From: Trichoplax adhaerens
Lineage: Eukaryota; Animalia; Placozoa
Reading direction: 5' to 3'
DNA length: 64,000 bases
Assembly: GCF_000150275.1 (NCBI RefSeq)
Contig: NW_002060948.1
Span: 1,015,983 to 1,079,982 of the forward strand
Part shown: positions 27,914-42,900 of the stretch, in pieces
Layout of the letters: each line of letters opens with the position of its first letter
Position numbering within the stretch: the first letter of the stretch is position 1
Made by a program: the position numbers and the translations under genes
Notes under the pieces: generated by a model
What the model saw: the letters and a program-made list of their open reading frames with translations, nothing else
Database searches by the model: none
What the model was told of the DNA's origin: nothing

Positions 27914-30900
27914 ATGGCGACCGGTGGTGGTTCCCTTGAGGTTTCTGGTCCGGCGACATGCATTTCCTTAGACCATTGCAGAGATATTATTTCAGTGACA
28001 TACTGTGTACCATTAAATTGTATTATTGTAGGTGATATAGATGGACAAATTCATGTCGTTGATGCACATTCTTATGAACTTTTGAAAAGGACTCCAGTAG
28101 CAGGTAATGATTGACTGCTTAGTCTTCACCATATTGAGCTGCTTGACTATCCATGATTGGAATGGAGGATTGTGTATAAAAAGAGTATATCTTTTCTAAT
28201 TGATCTAAACATAATCGCGATATCGAGTAGATGATTCATATAGCATATCCAATACGGTACAGTAGTTAGAATAATAATTTGGATAATTTCATGTTGGTCT
28301 GCTGCTCTACTGTCGAAATAAACATCCGTAACATTCGTACTTGGATAATATACTGTACTGTTGTTAGAATAGAAGACAATACTGTACCATGCAAACAGGG
28401 TTCCCCCATTTTCGCATGGAGAAAGAACATTGCCTGTACAGTAGTATACAGTAATGTTAGTCAACGAACTACTGTAGTAATTGCCATACTTATTAGTTTT
28501 TTGATTAATCAATGTCATTATAAACTTGATGGCCTTTCTTCGTCCAATCCTCTTGCACATAGGTTGTATACGTAGGTTAATATGATAGAGAAAATGTGCT
28601 AGCTACTTTTCTTTTTCGTGAATGATCTTTACAATAAGTCATTCACTGATTACACACGACTACTGAATTTATGCTAGACTAGTAAAGGATTTTATGATGC
28701 AGACGGTAGGATTGACATAATGAAATCATAGTTAGTATATTCTCCTGGGACAAGTAGTAATTTCAAGTTTTTACGCTATGATCTATTGAATTTTGAAGGA
28801 CTCTAAGAAAAGATAGACTATAAGATAGTCAGCGATCTGGAGGTATCCTAAGATAATTCAGCTTGACTTCTCCCCATTCAATGTACTGCAGACGTTAATA
28901 CATTTGATTAGAAGATGTACAGTATCTACATATAGCTACATTATATGATGACGCTTACATTACATTCTTCTACTCCTTGCATTGAGAATTTAGTCGTAGA
29001 TACCCGAGGTCATTGATACATTTTCTAAATTACGCTATTGTACGCGTATTTGCAAATATCTTGACATTTTGACCCCTTTTCACAGGTAGGCGTACGGTGC
29101 CTACGATAAATAGTCATGTTACTGTATTAATTTAATGTTGTGCTTCATACTCGCTATCCAATTACGAGTATAGAGTGTTAGTGAAAATGATTAGATGATG
29201 ATTCTTTACCTAGTGCTGTAATTAGATTCTCGCTAACATCATGTCAATATTAAATTACATCAACAAGATTATATTTCATAGTCTTGAGTTCTATCGTTCA
29301 ATACCTTGGATCCATATTTGCTTACATAACGCGCTCTAGTTTTGATCGCCGTTGAAATGAATACTACTACTTATCAATTAGTAGTTTATGCTACTACAGT
29401 ATTCCAACTTAATCAGTATGAGGTAACACTTTAGTGCTATCTTTTAAATTTCCTAGACATGCAAGAGTCGATCAAATCGAACAGACATGATGCTACCGAT
29501 GATCGTATAACGCGCAGATTTATCTGTGATATTATTCCATCATAATGACATACTTAGGGCAGACTATGATAATAATAGTAATAAATAATTCTTTGAAAGT
29601 TTATGAAAATCTTTTGTCAGTTAACTACAATATATCGAAATGAATGCGTTACGGTACTGCTAGGTTACGATTACTGCGACTTTAAAATGTGTTATGATTA
29701 CGAGATTACGTATGGGTAGCATATTATTCTTTGATTAACATTTATTATGAATGAGATAGTTTATAGCATCATCTTATTCATAAGCTGTATTTTATGCTAG
29801 CTTGGTCCTTTTTTGATAGGCATTAAATACTCATGTCTACATGCGGAACTGATAAAATGGAACATTATTACATACTTATAAATTAAGTTTAAATCTAGGT
29901 GTACTGAATGTAATTTTATTTCATATTTTCGTATAATACGTATGTTAAAATGAATATATCAAGAACAGCATTAAGTAATTAGTTTTGTTGATTATAATGA
30001 TAATTATTATTACAGAAGAAGCGAGCCCTTCAAATACGCTAAAATGCGAGTGTATTGCAAAGTCTGACTGCCTTATAGTTACTTGTGGCCAAAAGATAGG
30101 CATGAGAAAAGCGATGAACGGCATATTTTTATTGGATACAATTCTACAAACTCCGGTGCAAAATAAAAGTCAGCCAATCTGTATAGATTTACAGCGTCAT
30201 GAGGTCCGCATCGTACTATCGCGATAAGTGATCAATAACAGTTAGCGTTGTAAAGATATCATTGTATAAAATCTGCATTTTAATTCTATCGTATACACTG
30301 TAATTCAATGATCTTTCAACTAAATTGATCATATTCTGTCTTTACGAGATTATGTTCAGTCTTTCATTATTTTGCAATGGAAAAGCAGTTTTAAGAAGCT
30401 CACAACTTATCATTATTTCTATGATTCAGGCTGAACGCATGATAAAATATGTGGAAAACAATATTTCTTTGGATACAAATTTTGAAAATTCATGTAGGAA
30501 ATTATACGATCAAATTACGGAATATTTGAATAATTACAAAGAGTATGATCGCAAATCTGCCAAAGTACGTATAGTAGCTCTTGATCGAAACCTTGTACTT
30601 TTAAAATACAGTCAAAGCGTAACGGTATACTATATATATTACGTTATATAATAGTGGTCAACGTGCTCGCTGACTTTGCAAGGAGATAGTTTTTTGTCGA
30701 CCTTAGCTGAATTAATGAATATCTTGGAAAAAAAGATGAAATCTTCATTGCCATTATTGTCGTCATTAATGGAGCGTGTCAGTAAACTGTGTGGTACGGA
30801 AATGAGGCAATTGCGAGGTAGTGATCGATCAATTATGTATGCTGAACTTACGCGACTAAAATCATTTAAAGTTTGGCCGCATATGAACTATAAGTAAGTT

Positions 30901-33900
30901 GTCTATATGCCATATTGACTGAATATAGTTAGCACCTTATAGGTATCTATGTATTTATTATGGTCCTCTCGTGACGATACGATTTCGCTTTAATGTTAAT
31001 TTTTAGATGGGCTGTGCCTAGAGCGATGGCTGAAGCGGGATTCTTCCATCAAGTAAAATATAATATATCCATTTAGCTATATTTTTTGTATTCGTTTTTG
31101 CCTATACATTTTCGTATATGATTTTGATACAATCTAAAGTATGGTGTATTATCTCGTTTTAACGGCTAATATAATTTAAATAACTATTCTACATAATCTC
31201 TTTTTCATTCTTTTTATCTATAATTATCAAAGCCGAACAGTTTAGGAGATGATCGTGTAAATTGTTTTACATGTAATTCTTGCTTAATAAATTGGGAGCC
31301 TTCAGATGAGCCTTGGTTAGATTAAGCTTACATATTATAAATTTAAACTTTTAAAGATTTATTATAGCTATGTTAACTTATATAATACTAGGTCTGAACA
31401 TGAAAGACATTGTCCTAATTGTCCGTATGTAAAGAATGAGTATACGAAAAATATTCCATCATGGGGTAATGTTGCGTTACTAAAAATATGTTTGCAAAGT
31501 CTACGTTGTCAAGTTGTATTCATACAATTTGTTATTATTACTAGATTGTAATGGCACCTTAAAATATAGAATTTTATTCTTGTTTTGCAGTGTCCCTTGG
31601 CACTAGTATTGCCCGCTATATCGATGTTGATTCTACTACTGTGAGTAGTATTATAATTATTTTGAGTTATATTAATTTATCTAAGATATTAAAAATTGAT
31701 TCATTATCCGTACTTCTTGCTTAATGTGGATTTTACTGAAACTGTTAAATATACCTAGGTTAGTTGCATTAGCAACAATCTGCATCGGCTACCTCTTATA
31801 GCTACAGCAATAGCATCTGATACTATTTTAATTTGGAATGTTATGCACGATCTTCAGGTATGTTTCAAGCCTTGACTAATTTGCTTAGATTATAGTCCTA
31901 AAGGGCATTTTGTGATCGTGCGTATTGTCTTTATGTTACATTTCAATTTTAGCTTCAGTTCGAAATAAATTTAGCGGCCTTGATAAGATACTCACACGCA
32001 TCGTCCAAAGATAATAACCTCCCTCTTGCAACTCAAATATCCTCTTGTGACGAAAGCAAAGCCAAGCTAGTTGATGATAGATCTGCTGACGAAAATCAAA
32101 TAGCAAATGACGTTAAAACCGTTCTTGGTTCGAAAAATGAATTATTTTTTTATAATTACATTAAATTAATGGGGCTTTTTAAAATGTTATATGATTATTA
32201 ACTATATTCTCATATCTTATAATAGATACCAATACGAACTTGACGAATGTACTTCAAAAATCTAGACATGCTAAAAATTTATCGATAACGTCGATGTCCT
32301 TTATTGACAGTATTGATTTAGTCCGATCAGAAAATGATGGGAACGCTAATATTGTAAATGAAGACTTTAATCCAAATTCTCTTAGCCTAGTTTGTGGTGT
32401 TTCCGTATCAAAGGAGTTTTACTTGAGTGATCGTCTACTTTTGGTGATTCTTACCACAAGTCCTCAGTCTATGGCGGAAAACAACATTGGAAAGACCGAT
32501 ATCAATAGCGTTGCAGAATCTGGAGCTCCGCCAGATGAAGATAACTGGCTGATTGACATATCAGACTATAAATCGAATGCATCTGCTATAAAAGACGATG
32601 AAAGTGATTATTCTTCGCTAATTTCCCAAATGCTCCCTTGCTTACCTGATAATCACTCAGTTACGAGTAGTATTGGTACAAGAACTGAAGATGAATTATC
32701 TAGAAATGACGATGTTAGTGATCATTTAGCGAATAATAACTTAATTGAGCTACAAAACGAAAATATATTGCAGGTTGTCCAATTACCTTGTGGAAATAGT
32801 AGTTCTTTTGTAATTTCCTTTATCTCGACAACTTCCGATAATAAGTACGTCATCGTTGTAGTTTCTCCTCATGAATTGCCTTCTGGTAATAATGATAGAG
32901 ACAATCATGGATTTGATGGTGGCTACTTATTTGTCTACGAAGTTGTATTATCAGAAAATGTAAAAAAGATATCCAAAAGACCATTACATAGTCTATGTAT
33001 CGATTCAGTGGAAGAGTCTATTGTTAAGGCAGCGCTCATACCTAGAAATGAACTTCGCCGTGAAAATTTATCGAAGAGTAATGATTTTGACAATTATAAT
33101 AAATTAGCTCACAGTCGTGATATCTTTATTGGCGCAACTAAAGGTGGAAGTCTGCATCTTTTTGACGCTGTCACGCTACAAGTAATAGCCTCGTATTCGT
33201 TTAGTGAGCTGATTTTGGATTTTAATGGCGAGCAATGTATGCAACTTTCTTATTGTGCTGCCGTGCAAAAATTATGTATTGCCTTCAAGGGTAGTCAATT
33301 GCACTTCCTTGACATGAATAAAATTGTACATATGCATAATCAGCTATATGAAAACGAAATAGCTAATGATGTAACTGATGGCCTAAAGACTAATGGTTAG
33401 TTCAGGAAAATCGGTTTATAGCAATTGATATTACTGTAAGTAAATCTTTTCTACATACTTTTTCTTATTATTTAGAAATATCGACAACGCTGTCGCAAGA
33501 GTTGTCATCTAAGATTAAAGATTTGATGCTATTTGCGTCATCGCTGGTTTGTCGGCCTACTGCAGATAAAGTTCAAGTTATTACTCCAGCAGGTTGGGTG
33601 ATTTTTCAACCAAGCAGAAAAAGGGAATCAATCGTAAATATTATTGATGATAGTAGCAATTGGTGTGCTTGTAAATACGATGGGATAAGGTAATTAAATA
33701 TACAGTGTTGCTGCCAATGACTACAGCTAATTTTAATTTTTACGATAATGAATATCAGAATCTAGGTTCTTTAATCATTTCATTATCATTCATTTCAATT
33801 CCAGTCTAACATCATCAGGTCGCAATTATGTGTTTGAATTGGTACTCTCTCGGCCATCTTATGTGAGCCACGTTAATGTTAAGGTTGTTATACCAGAAGA

Positions 33901-36900
33901 AGTAACTGGAAAATACGAAATCAGAGGAGCTTTACATGACAGCTATAATTATGTTAATACACTAAATGATTTACCAACTGGTGAAAATCCGTTGCAGACG
34001 AAGCTACACAGCTCAGTTAATGATGAAGGCGGTAAAACATATAGAGCCAAAGTTAGCAATATTGGATTAGTAAATAAAGCATCTACCGTTTTGTACCTTA
34101 CCTTAAGCATTCGGAGTGATAGTAGCTCATATCATGATGGTAAAAATTCTTCAAACATGAACCCAGAAAGTAGTATGAAATCTCATTCGTGGCACGGATT
34201 GATGGTTTATCTAAATGCATACTCGTTTCTTGATGAGTCTGCAAAGGATATTGTTATTAGAAATAGTTTGCTCAATAGCGAAGACATTTACACATCAATC
34301 ATAGAATCACTAGCCGGTAAAGAATTTCATACAGGAAATCTCGGAACAAGTTTGAAATCGAATCATGAGATGATATCTTGTACTACGATATCCTTAGATT
34401 TATTGATAAAGATATTAGCATACAGAGCTGGTATAGATGCTTCGTGAGTAACAAATTGCATGCGTATGTAGTTAGTAAATTAACTTTTACTGATATCTAC
34501 TACTTTTGTTGTTTAGGGCTTTATCCTATATTCAACATTTGCAATTAAATCTTGAGCGTATATCCCAGAACTACATAATATTTAACAATAGAAGTTGTGC
34601 ACATTTATTTGCAAGATTATTTATACAATGCTTAACGTAAGTGATACTTAAGTTTAAAGCATAGATAAAATTTCATTATTGTTGTTGTATCATGTTGATA
34701 AAGTAGGATCCACGTAATACTTGGACATATATAACTTTACTAAATGGGATTATTCTATCCGTATAATATTTGATGTGGTTATCATAGTTCCATTGCTAGC
34801 AAAAGTGCGAATTCTTTTCAGAATGAGGCACTGCGAGCTTTTCTGCGTATTCTGCCGAAGACAAGTGCAGCTGTCTCTTTTGAGGCTTTACAGTGGTATT
34901 TCCTGTTAATTTCCAATTGTATCAACAATGAAAACAGAGATACAGCTTTTGCTACATGCTGCCAATTTCTATCTGAATGCTGTTCCAGCTTATCTTCATC
35001 TTTAACCGAAGAGCATACTGTACTGCGATCATTGTAAGTTATTTGACTATATTTTGCATTTATTATGGTTGTTTATATCGATTTGTGAAATTTAATGTTT
35101 GATCGTAGCATTTGTGGTTTCGTTAAATTTGATGATCATAAAATGTTTTAATTTTTTTTTGACAGGTTTGGCTTATATGGTAATCCTCTAGAAGCGACAA
35201 TTTATTCCTCACCACTCTCATTATTGCAGCCTCTCTTTACTAATTCGATGTTTGATAGAGCTTTGGGATCTAGACTACCTGGTATCGATTATTGCATCAA
35301 CTGCTCAGAATTAAGCACTTATCTTGAAACTTTTGTCACTTATAAAGGTAAGGTATAGTGGTATTGATATGATACTATTTATACTTAGTATTGCGGTTGA
35401 GTAGATGTTTTAAAAGGCTGTTAAGCAATAGTATGATTCATAACATACTCATAATACAGTACTTATTATAGCGATACATATTCAAGCTTTATCTTGTAAA
35501 GTAAGGAATTGATTGTGTGTTCGTTAAGTAGATTTTCCGTCATCCTTTCTGGAGGCTGAGCCATTATTCTTTAAACATCATGCAGTAAGTTCTGGTGCCA
35601 AAGTTGAAATAGTGAAAGGTAAGATTAATGAATTACACAACTGGTATTGTAATGATTTCATTACAAACATTGCCTGTAATTAACGCTTAAATATCTAAAT
35701 GCTATCGATGTACATTATACTCTGGTCTTATTTAAATTTTAGGCTTCAAGTCAATAAATTCGGGTGATTCACTGGATGCTTCTAACGAATTTTTCGAATA
35801 TTATGATCACGATACGTTGTTTGAAGCCCCCGATAGCATAGATGATTATTATTTAGATAAAGAGGTAATTTATATTGAATGTGGTAGAGAAGCTTGAACG
35901 ATAGTTTAATTGATTTAACATTCGTTCGTCGTATTATGTTACTAATTATTAGTTAATTATTGATTAACTTATTTAAATACTTAATACTTTATTTGCCATA
36001 TATCGCTATCATCAGTTGGAGCAGTTGATTCCAGGCGGTAACATTAACATGAAGCCTTATAGTGGATCACTATTTGAACACAAAAAGTCGAAAGCATTGC
36101 TGAGAGATAGTAAGAAGAGTGGAATAGATAATTTATCAAGCTTGCCGCGAACACACGAAATCAAACTCAGTGTATGTATGAAATTTCAATTTTATTTCGC
36201 AACGTCGTTAGTGAAAAATTTTTAATTTTTTATCAGTCTGAGGTCTGAAGCCCATAATTACGACTGCATTATATTAGTAGCTATGTTACGGTCCATCCCA
36301 GGATTGGCCATAACAGCTATGCGTAGATCACTTGGATATTCTTTATTTAGATACTGAATACTTTTATAAAAATGATTGGCTTTTAGCCTCCTCCGTCGTT
36401 GGTTTTAATTGTAGAAAAAATATATTCCGGTTCCCGACACTATGTTACGATTGATTTTGGACGGCCTATAGCTCTAACGGATGTTGTTATACCTAGTTCT
36501 TCATACTTATCCGTAATTTATTTGGATGCTTGGTTAGATGGCGATAATGAGCGTAGACTATCAGTATCGACTGAAATTGGCAAAAAAAATTTTATACTAA
36601 ATGACATAGTACCCCCAGTTCTATGTCGCTTCGTTAAGGTTATAAAAGTAACAATTTTTTATTATTGTTTTTACCAAACCTATATATTGTATACGCATAA
36701 TGGATTTAAAAATATTCATTAATAATTAGCATTTTACTCAAATACACGCAAATAATCTTTCTTAATAGATTTCGATTATCGCTCGATCTCTTGGAACTAC
36801 TGGTACAAGTGTTCGTATTTCCTTAGGCAACTTTTATGGAATTTCTTCGGTTCTACCATGGCAGAATGATATGCATCGAGCTTCTATTAACGGAAAACAT

Positions 36901-39900
36901 GAATCGAATAATTTAGAGAGACAAATTTTTAGAAATTTAGAGGAATATCGTCAATCATTCCACTCTTTTCTAGATGATCTATGCTGCCGATATGAAATAG
37001 CATGTAGCTATTTTCGGGAGATATTAAATAAATCTGTTTCAGGTTCTGTTATGCAAAGGAACCATTTTGATCGATCAGCGTTTACTGAAGCATATTGCAC
37101 TTGTATTAAACTTCAATTGCAACTAAATACTGGTAGCAGAATACTGGAGAGACTCGATGCAAATGCTATAGAATACGAAAAGCGAAGCTATGATTTCAAT
37201 AGTAATCTTTGCCTTCAGTTGATTAACACCTTGCTATCAATAGCTAACTTTGATCAAATCAATCTGGATTCTTGTCATATATTCACGAAATATATGACGC
37301 GAGATTTTTGTAAATCGTTATTTATCGCTTTATGTGTAAATGGTTCACCGCTAGTTTGTGTTCGTACTGGGGCGCTATTGCTCCATATTTGTGGATCGCA
37401 GCCGTGGTGGGGAGAATTTTTAGCTGATATGCTTTATTGCTGTTATAGCAACATTTGGCGACGGAACTTGCATAATGAAAGGTATACTATAACATCCAAT
37501 CTGGATTGTTAACGATTACGGATGATGTATTTGTCTTTGGTTTAGATATTTCTTTTTGTTATACACGTATTTTTACTCGTCGCAGGTTATTTAGCCTACT
37601 TGTTGATATGGGACGTAGATCAATAGAATTATCAAATAAGCACAGCACACTTCATGGCATATTGCAATTTACTTATAAAGTCTTAACCACGCGTCATGAT
37701 GACGAAGATGAAAAGAATTCGATTGACTTTAATCTACTTTACTGGACGGTCATATTTATATCCGAATTACTGGATGGATTCACTCGAGGCAACCAACAAA
37801 AAAATGATAAGGGTAAGAGGATTTTATTTGTTATCAATACCAACCTATGCTGAATATTTTACTTTTAGGCTTTAGTATATGTACTGGGACATTTGAACTG
37901 GTACCTTATCTACCTTACAACTTATTCTATATTTTCATTAAATAACTTATTTTTCCTATTTATATTAATTTACGTAGATAAATCAAGGTGGAACTTTTTA
38001 TTAATTAAAGAAGCATCCAATCTGCCTACTCCGCCGGCCAACCCTAAACAGAAACTTAAACGGTCTTATTTCTCTAACGCTAATAACGGAATCTTTAAAA
38101 TATCCCCAACATTAAAAGAGGTGAGAAATATTACCTATATATTTTATGTTCGCAATAATAAAACTTAACAATAATTGAACAGGGATGGTACTTAACTGCT
38201 TGTATTATATATAAATTAAGCCATGTATTAGATCACTGATTGTATGTAATACGTAAACTATGTTTCATTTAAGAGCTATCTTGCACGAGATTCAACTACT
38301 TTAATGCTACTTAATTACCTATTATAATTATTATTCACAATATAATATCACACACTGCAATACGCGCATATCGCTTAAAGTTTAAGTCTTTCATGGATTC
38401 TATCTGACCTGATAGGAGTACAAAGATGATAATGATGGCAAGCCTGGTGCGTTTAATTCATCTGGTTCCACTAATGCTACGTTATTATCGGAGAACTTAG
38501 AACATTTACCGATAGCAGCTAGCTTAGCTAAAGATAGCGTCCAACCGGTTGTGAAAGAATTGATCGCTGTTATTCTTTCCTTAGATGTTGTTCAATGCGA
38601 AGATATCTTCACTGTGATATGCATGGTACAAGAATTTGTTGTTGATTATGTTATAGTAGAAAGTGTGAATGATTTACGCCAAATGAATTTTTATTAGGCT
38701 GTGCTGATTTTATCACTTTTACATAGGTTATAGCGCGGTTATGTTTATTAAGTTCTCCAGCAATAGTATTAGCTGAGCTATTAACAGAAGATCAACTTCT
38801 TGCATTGCTACATCAAGCTACATCTCATCAACGAACTGCTCCTTGGGTATCACATTCACTAAGTTGTTTATTATTAGATGTAACATCTGCTAGTTCAAGG
38901 AGATTAAATAGTGGCATTTCTTCACCGAAAAGGAAGCAAACCGGTAAGACATCCACCATAATTTTGAGAAGATCTCATATTAATGTTGCTCGAGTAAATG
39001 TTCGTAATTTTTAAGTAGATACCCGTGACAATTCCGTTAAGTCAAAGAACTCCAGTAACACTGCTTCAGAAGCTAATAAACCCAGCAAATCAAGTAATCT
39101 ATCTCAGATAGAACAGTCTGAATCATTAAATATTACATTGTTGGAAGAATCACACGGTAACTCTTCATTTAATATTTGGTCATATGAAAGTGGACATAAA
39201 TCCGCTAGTGACCCGAACAATCGTGGAACTGATCCTGAACAAACTACTGCCTCTTCAGTTGATAACCAGATATGTCTGGATTTACGTTTAAATGATCAGA
39301 TGGGTCAAATTGCGGAAATAAAACTAATGTCTCGATGTATTGATCATGGTCTGTTTTTAAAGAATTGTTTGAAAGGTCCCATCTTACGAAGTAACAGTTC
39401 ATCACAAAATTTTGATAACACATTAACTGGTACAGTCAATAATGTAACGGACAATACTGCGGTGATGCTATCAAAAACTTTTAATAACTTTTTTCAACGC
39501 AATTTTCACAACGATGATGACCTTAAATTTTTACTCAAGCTTTGGTTACAGTTAAGTGTGCTGCTACCGTTTAGCAATTGGAAACAAACGCACTTAAGTT
39601 TGGTTATGAATAAGGAAACGATTGGCATAATAATCAAGCGCATATGCAGAAAACAGTCAATTTCGGTTTCAATATGGCATGTCCTTTTCAAGTGCTTAAT
39701 TATAATATATGAAACATATAATGATACCCCGGATGAATTGTTGCAAGAATTGTTAATACACTTTTTCTCAGCTGTTAATTCTACTGACAAAAGTGAACAT
39801 AAAATTGGGCAATCAGTTATCCTAACGGTTAATCAATTTTTAGTAGCTCTTGCTGGCAGAGACGCTGATTTAATCTGTTCTGAAGTAAAATACAAAAGAA

Positions 39901-42900
39901 TTATGTTGAAGGTTCTTGTTAATCTTACCAATTCAGGGTAAAATTTTTATTTGCAGCCTTTATAGACATAATATTTAACTTAAAGATCTAATTTTAATTC
40001 AATATGCTTACAAACATCAAAAGTTAGAATGCTAAAAAGATGTGTTGTTATTTGATTTGTGATAATATAGAAATTCAACGACACCTAAAGGAATAATTTG
40101 CCAACAATCTGGTCCGCTGGATGCGCAAGTGATGTTTCTTAAATATATGATTAAAAATATGCCGACGAAAGCCAATGAGATCGATTTGGATGACATTATT
40201 CAACTTTATCGAAATACTAGCCTCTTGATATTATCTCATATAATCTCTGCAAAGTCAACATCAGATAATCACTCCGTTCTATTTGAACAAATCCTTCTGA
40301 CGCTATTAGCTTACTGTACTAGACTCGCTCGCTTATCATTGGTTGACAATTTACAGGAAGATCAACATGAAGTAAAAAATCCAGCAACTGTGGCTAATAT
40401 AGTACTAGATGAACCCGATATTATTACTGTATTTCTTCTAATTCTAAATCAAATTGATGATAAATATATTGGCATGAAAATATCTGGAGGTGTAGCCTTG
40501 AAATTAACTAAACACCATAGCCATCAAGATATGGTTGTATCTATTGCCGATTGGGTGCTAATGCTTATGTGTGCACTATTTAAAGGAGACGAACGAAAAT
40601 TAGTAAAATCTATTATTGAAGTTTTCAATGGAAAATCTATAAATAACATATTTCTTAAACGCTCTATTACCAATTATTTGTCGGATGCTCTGTTTCTTTT
40701 TGTTCAATTAGTACTTGAACATGAAGCTAGTAGAACAAACTTTATGGAATCGGGTTTGTAGACAGATTTATTAATGAAAAGGTAATTGTTACTAAGATCG
40801 GTAATATTAATATTTATAAAAATCTTATTAGGTGGCGGAGAATTATTATGTCATAACTTTCTGGAATCAGCTAACGACTCTTACGGATTATCAGTGCAAT
40901 TGCTTCCACCAGTGCCTAATTTATTATGTGATCCGCAAGTTAAATCCGCTTATGCAAAATATGTCTCCGGAAATTTAGTGAACTTTGCCCCTTTCTGTGA
41001 GCTATTTTAGTTGTTATAGTCGTTTAAGTAATTGATTAATATTACATTATATTATCATTTCAGGTAAGATTGTCTGTTCATCTTCGAGATCATCATCACC
41101 TAATATTTTATTGACGTCATCACTACGAAGTAGACGTCCTAGATCGGCATTATGGCGATTTCAATTCAATACAGGAGAAAGTTCATGCGATTTAATTCTT
41201 GAACTTCCTCATGTTATTCTGTTGTCGGAGCTGCACATTACACCTTATGTCTATTCCTTATTAAGTAAGATACATTCACTATATAAATTATTCATCGACA
41301 AGTGCTAAACTAATGATAAATTTTCAAACATGTGTTACTTAACAGTTAATATCTTATATGGTAGATTCTCCAAGCGCTGCAGCCATTGAAATTTCTGACA
41401 ATAAAGCATTACTTTCTCCTGTCTCTTATCCCGTTCAATGCTGCGGATTAAAAGTCATTAAACTAAAACTACCCAAACCCGAAATTGCTCGAGTAAATAT
41501 GTATATTGATATGGCATCTGACTTAATATTTAACAATTTATTATTGCATGTCCCCTGTTTTTAGTGTAAAGAATTTGCTGTTTTCTGTTTTGTAGTGCAT
41601 CAGAATTCAATTACTGCGACCACGCGATTCAGATAATATAGGGTTAATGCAAATAGCTGTACTGGGAAGGATGCCGTTTCTTTCTGAAGATCAAACTGTT
41701 ACGCCAAATAGAATTGATGAAGATTTTAAATCGAGGTATGATCTCTTCTGCTTTGCTATGAAATACTGGATATTTTTTGTCGTAAAATTATACTGGTACT
41801 GTTAATAAAGGCACAGCTTATAACAATAATATCTATTTATTTTATTTTTTTTCTGAATTATCTATTTAGTCTATATTGGTTAGGCTTGATCTACTCATGC
41901 TTAAATGATAAGTCCGATATAGTTAATAGCACTTTATGTCCTAAAATTGCAAGTATGCCATCATTTATTCATAAATGTGCACGCCTGTTAGGAGTTAACA
42001 GCCTTAGGTATGATTGATTGATTTTTTATTTTATTATTGCTATGGTTTGTATTACTAATACGTATTCTAATTTTATTTTATTTTGATTTAGTAATGACGA
42101 TCATATAAAGATCGAACAGATATTACTAAGGGTTGCTTCGAGTTCACCCGATTGCGCTTTATCATTATTACGAATGCTACTTTACCAAAACAGAAATAGT
42201 CCATTGTTATCATACTACGCTGGTGCTTCTTCTGTTTACACTATTTACCAGTTAGGTATTTCTGATGTCCCTACTGGTCGAGAAAGGTATTTAGTGAATG
42301 TCTTTGATAAAAGATCCTTATGCTATTGAAATTAATCTCCTTATTCTGTTTCTGCAACTACAGATTAAAATTAATTGCCGGATGGTTAGAAAATATTAGT
42401 GGTAAAACACCGAGTATTCTTCTGCGTACCGTAGCAAGTATATTGTGGCAATTTAAGGAAACGGAATGCCGTCTTTGTGATGTCATTAATGTGGATTTAA
42501 TTAAGTTAGTTTAATGTATTTTTGATAAGGAAACATTTCGATCTAATTTATATAAATACCATTTTAATTTTTTTGCTTTACTAGATCATTATGCAATACG
42601 GCTTTATCTTTAAATCGTGATAGAGAATCACAAAAAGCTATTGGCCTGCTAATATGTGCGATATGCCATGCTGAGAATTCTTTCACACCCGTAACAATTG
42701 AATATTTGCAGCTGTCATCTATTTTTGCTTTAAGATCCGAGAACGAAATTCATGGTCGTTTGTTACTTTCTTCTTTCATATGCCAATCCACATTTGTTGT
42801 TGAATTTATCTTACAGCAAGAAATCATATCAAAATTTGTAGTGTACGTGACGAAATTTTTCGAATTATTATCGCAAGGCCAGCCCAATTTAATGAATGAA

